NCBI GenBank assembly: GCA_021735655.1
Contig: JAIPGM010000003.1
Coordinates: 32,001-96,000 of the forward strand
Length of the DNA: 64,000 nt
Source: Candidatus Omnitrophota bacterium
GTDB taxonomy: Bacteria > Omnitrophota > Gorgyraeia > Duberdicusellales > 4484-171
Direction of reading: 5' to 3'
Shown here: positions 63,237 to 64,000 of the stretch, in pieces
Layout: every line of letters begins with the position of its first letter
How positions within the stretch are numbered: position 1 is the stretch's first letter
The notes under the pieces: generated by a model
What the model was told of the DNA's origin: nothing
The model's input: the letters and a program-made list of their open reading frames with translations, nothing else
Database searches by the model: none
Program-made: the position numbers and the translations under genes

Positions 63237-63979
63237 TTAAAGAGCTATGTCATAGGTTGAAAGAGAAGCGTTGTGCTCTCGGCTATAGCATTGAATATAC
63301 GGTTGAGAAAACCAAGATCCATCCTTCAGCGATTAGAGATATTGAATCCGGTGATCTTACTAATATAAGCCCGATCTACTTAAGGGGTTTCATGAGAATC
63401 TATGCAGAGTTTCTGGGGGTAGATTTAGGTACGGCCTTAGAAGAAATAAATTCTCTCAGTATTCCGAATAAGAAAGCTAAGTTTATCCGAAAAGTTCCAG
63501 TTGCCAAGGTAGGCCAAGAGGCTAAACCCAAACCAGCTAAGATATCACCGGAATTAAAAAAGAAAATCTTACTTATAGTTTTAGGTCTGGTTTTGCTTTG
63601 GATTTTAGTTGTAGTCGGCGGGAAAATTATTGGCGGAATAGCAAAAATATTTAAAGGTAAACCAAAACAGGAAACAATAGTCCAAACTGAGAATATAACT
63701 ACCCCCTTAGTCACTAAGGGCGAACTTTTAGTTTCTCTGACCGTTAAACGAAAGTGTTTTTTAAGGGTAGTTGTTGATGGTACATTATACTTTGACGGAC
63801 TTCTTGCTAAAGGGGCCCGGGAAAGTTGGAAAGGAAAAAAAGAGATAGAACTCAAGATAAGCGATGGTTCTGCAGTCTATTTAGAAGTGAACGGAAAGTC
63901 AATTCCCACCCTGACATCTCTACGAAAGCCGATAAAGAGCCTTAAGGTCACACATTCGGGCATCTCGGTTGATAAATAA
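63233..63979 (+). CDS. rodZ: RodZ-like cytoskeleton-associated protein (XRE-type HTH, TM segment and C-terminal domain)
   Basis: N-terminal HTH (LKEKRCALGYSIEYTVEKTKIHPSAIRDIESG), a basic linker, a single TM (ILLIVLGLVLLWILVVVGG) and a C-terminal beta domain. Start at the ATG at 63233. Confidence 0.55.
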   Translation: MIKELCHRLKEKRCALGYSIEYTVEKTKIHPSAIRDIESGDLTNISPIYLRGFMRIYAEFLGVDLGTALEEINSLSIPNKKAKFIRKVPVAKVGQEAKPKPAKISPELKKKILLIVLGLVLLWILVVVGGKIIGGIAKIFKGKPKQETIVQTENITTPLVTKGELLVSLTVKRKCFLRVVVDGTLYFDGLLAKGARESWKGKKEIELKISDGSAVYLEVNGKSIPTLTSLRKPIKSLKVTHSGISVDK

Positions 63980-64000
63980 CTCGTACCAAAATGTCTAAAA

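Noticed and set aside
424-63855. All minus-strand ORFs in the six-frame track, for example 424-900, 1191-1418, 1969-2316, 2467-2739, 18777-19148, 36509-37146, 62036-62386, 63400-63855
   Set aside because: Each lies entirely inside a longer + strand gene with clear family motifs. They have biased low-complexity composition, no RBS and no recognisable domains, so they are antisense shadow ORFs.
1-64000. CRISPR arrays, tRNA/rRNA genes, IS elements, integrases, toxin-antitoxin or defence-system genes
   Set aside because: No direct-repeat/spacer periodicity, no tRNA-like cloverleaf candidates, and no transposase, integrase or nuclease-defence domains were seen. The window is glycan biosynthesis plus housekeeping.

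Overview
This is an AT-rich (roughly 35-38% GC), very compact 64-kb window. All of the roughly 60 credible genes lie on the + strand; the minus-strand ORFs in the track are shadow frames. Gene boundaries frequently overlap by 4-8 bp (ATGA-type overlaps) and RBS-like AGGAGG motifs precede most starts. About 56 kb (1-56938) is one continuous glycan-biosynthesis super-locus made of several recognisable sugar-pathway modules joined end to end. (1) 1-10025: a nonulosonic-acid (legionaminic/pseudaminic-like) module with NeuD/PglD-type acetyltransferase (3' end only), a WbuZ/WbuY/WbuX-type amidotransferase trio for an acetamidino group, CBS-nucleotidyltransferase, 4,6-dehydratase, DegT aminotransferase, CMP-NulO synthetase and SDR. 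Two unexpected inserts sit inside it, a P-loop protein of unknown function and a 3-dehydroquinate-synthase-like cyclase. (2) 10092-23920: a block of large hypothetical proteins, methyltransferases, a radical-SAM/SPASM enzyme, RmlD-like reductase, GT2/GT4/GT26 transferases and an O-antigen-ligase-like membrane protein. (3) 23991-32498: a CDP-3,6-dideoxyhexose pathway (RfbF, RfbG, RfbH/E1) interleaved with a thiamine-diphosphate enzyme, a DmpF/DmpG-like acetaldehyde dehydrogenase/aldolase pair and an MBL hydrolase, which suggests a C-branched (yersiniose-like) dideoxy sugar made by a non-canonical route. (4) 32495-42436: initiating phosphoglycosyl transferase (WbaP-like), WaaL/Wzy-like ligase, GT9 heptosyltransferase, two alkaline-phosphatase-superfamily (NPP-type) enzymes, VanZ and a secreted MBL hydrolase. 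(5) 42457-47897: a candidate promoter, a structured GC-rich leader with mutually exclusive helices, and an Arn-like polyprenyl-phosphate aminosugar transfer module (cupin, DegT, GT2, ArnT/PMT-like GT-C) that contains a B12-binding radical SAM enzyme. (6) 47894-56938: a WbpB/WbpE/WbpD-like trio, a TagF-like glycerophosphotransferase, ATP sulfurylase, tandem KdtX-like GT2 paralogues and a second GT9. The last 7 kb is housekeeping: xseA, xseB, a strong sigma70-like promoter, rpsO, pnp, ftsK and rodZ. No tRNA, rRNA, CRISPR array or transposase/integrase was recognised. The locus points to an LPS-bearing (diderm) uncultivated bacterium. The most novel candidates are the DmpFG-containing branched-sugar pathway, the rSAM-containing Arn-like module with its structured leader, the DHQS-like and P-loop inserts in the nonulosonic-acid module, and the ATP-sulfurylase neighbourhood.
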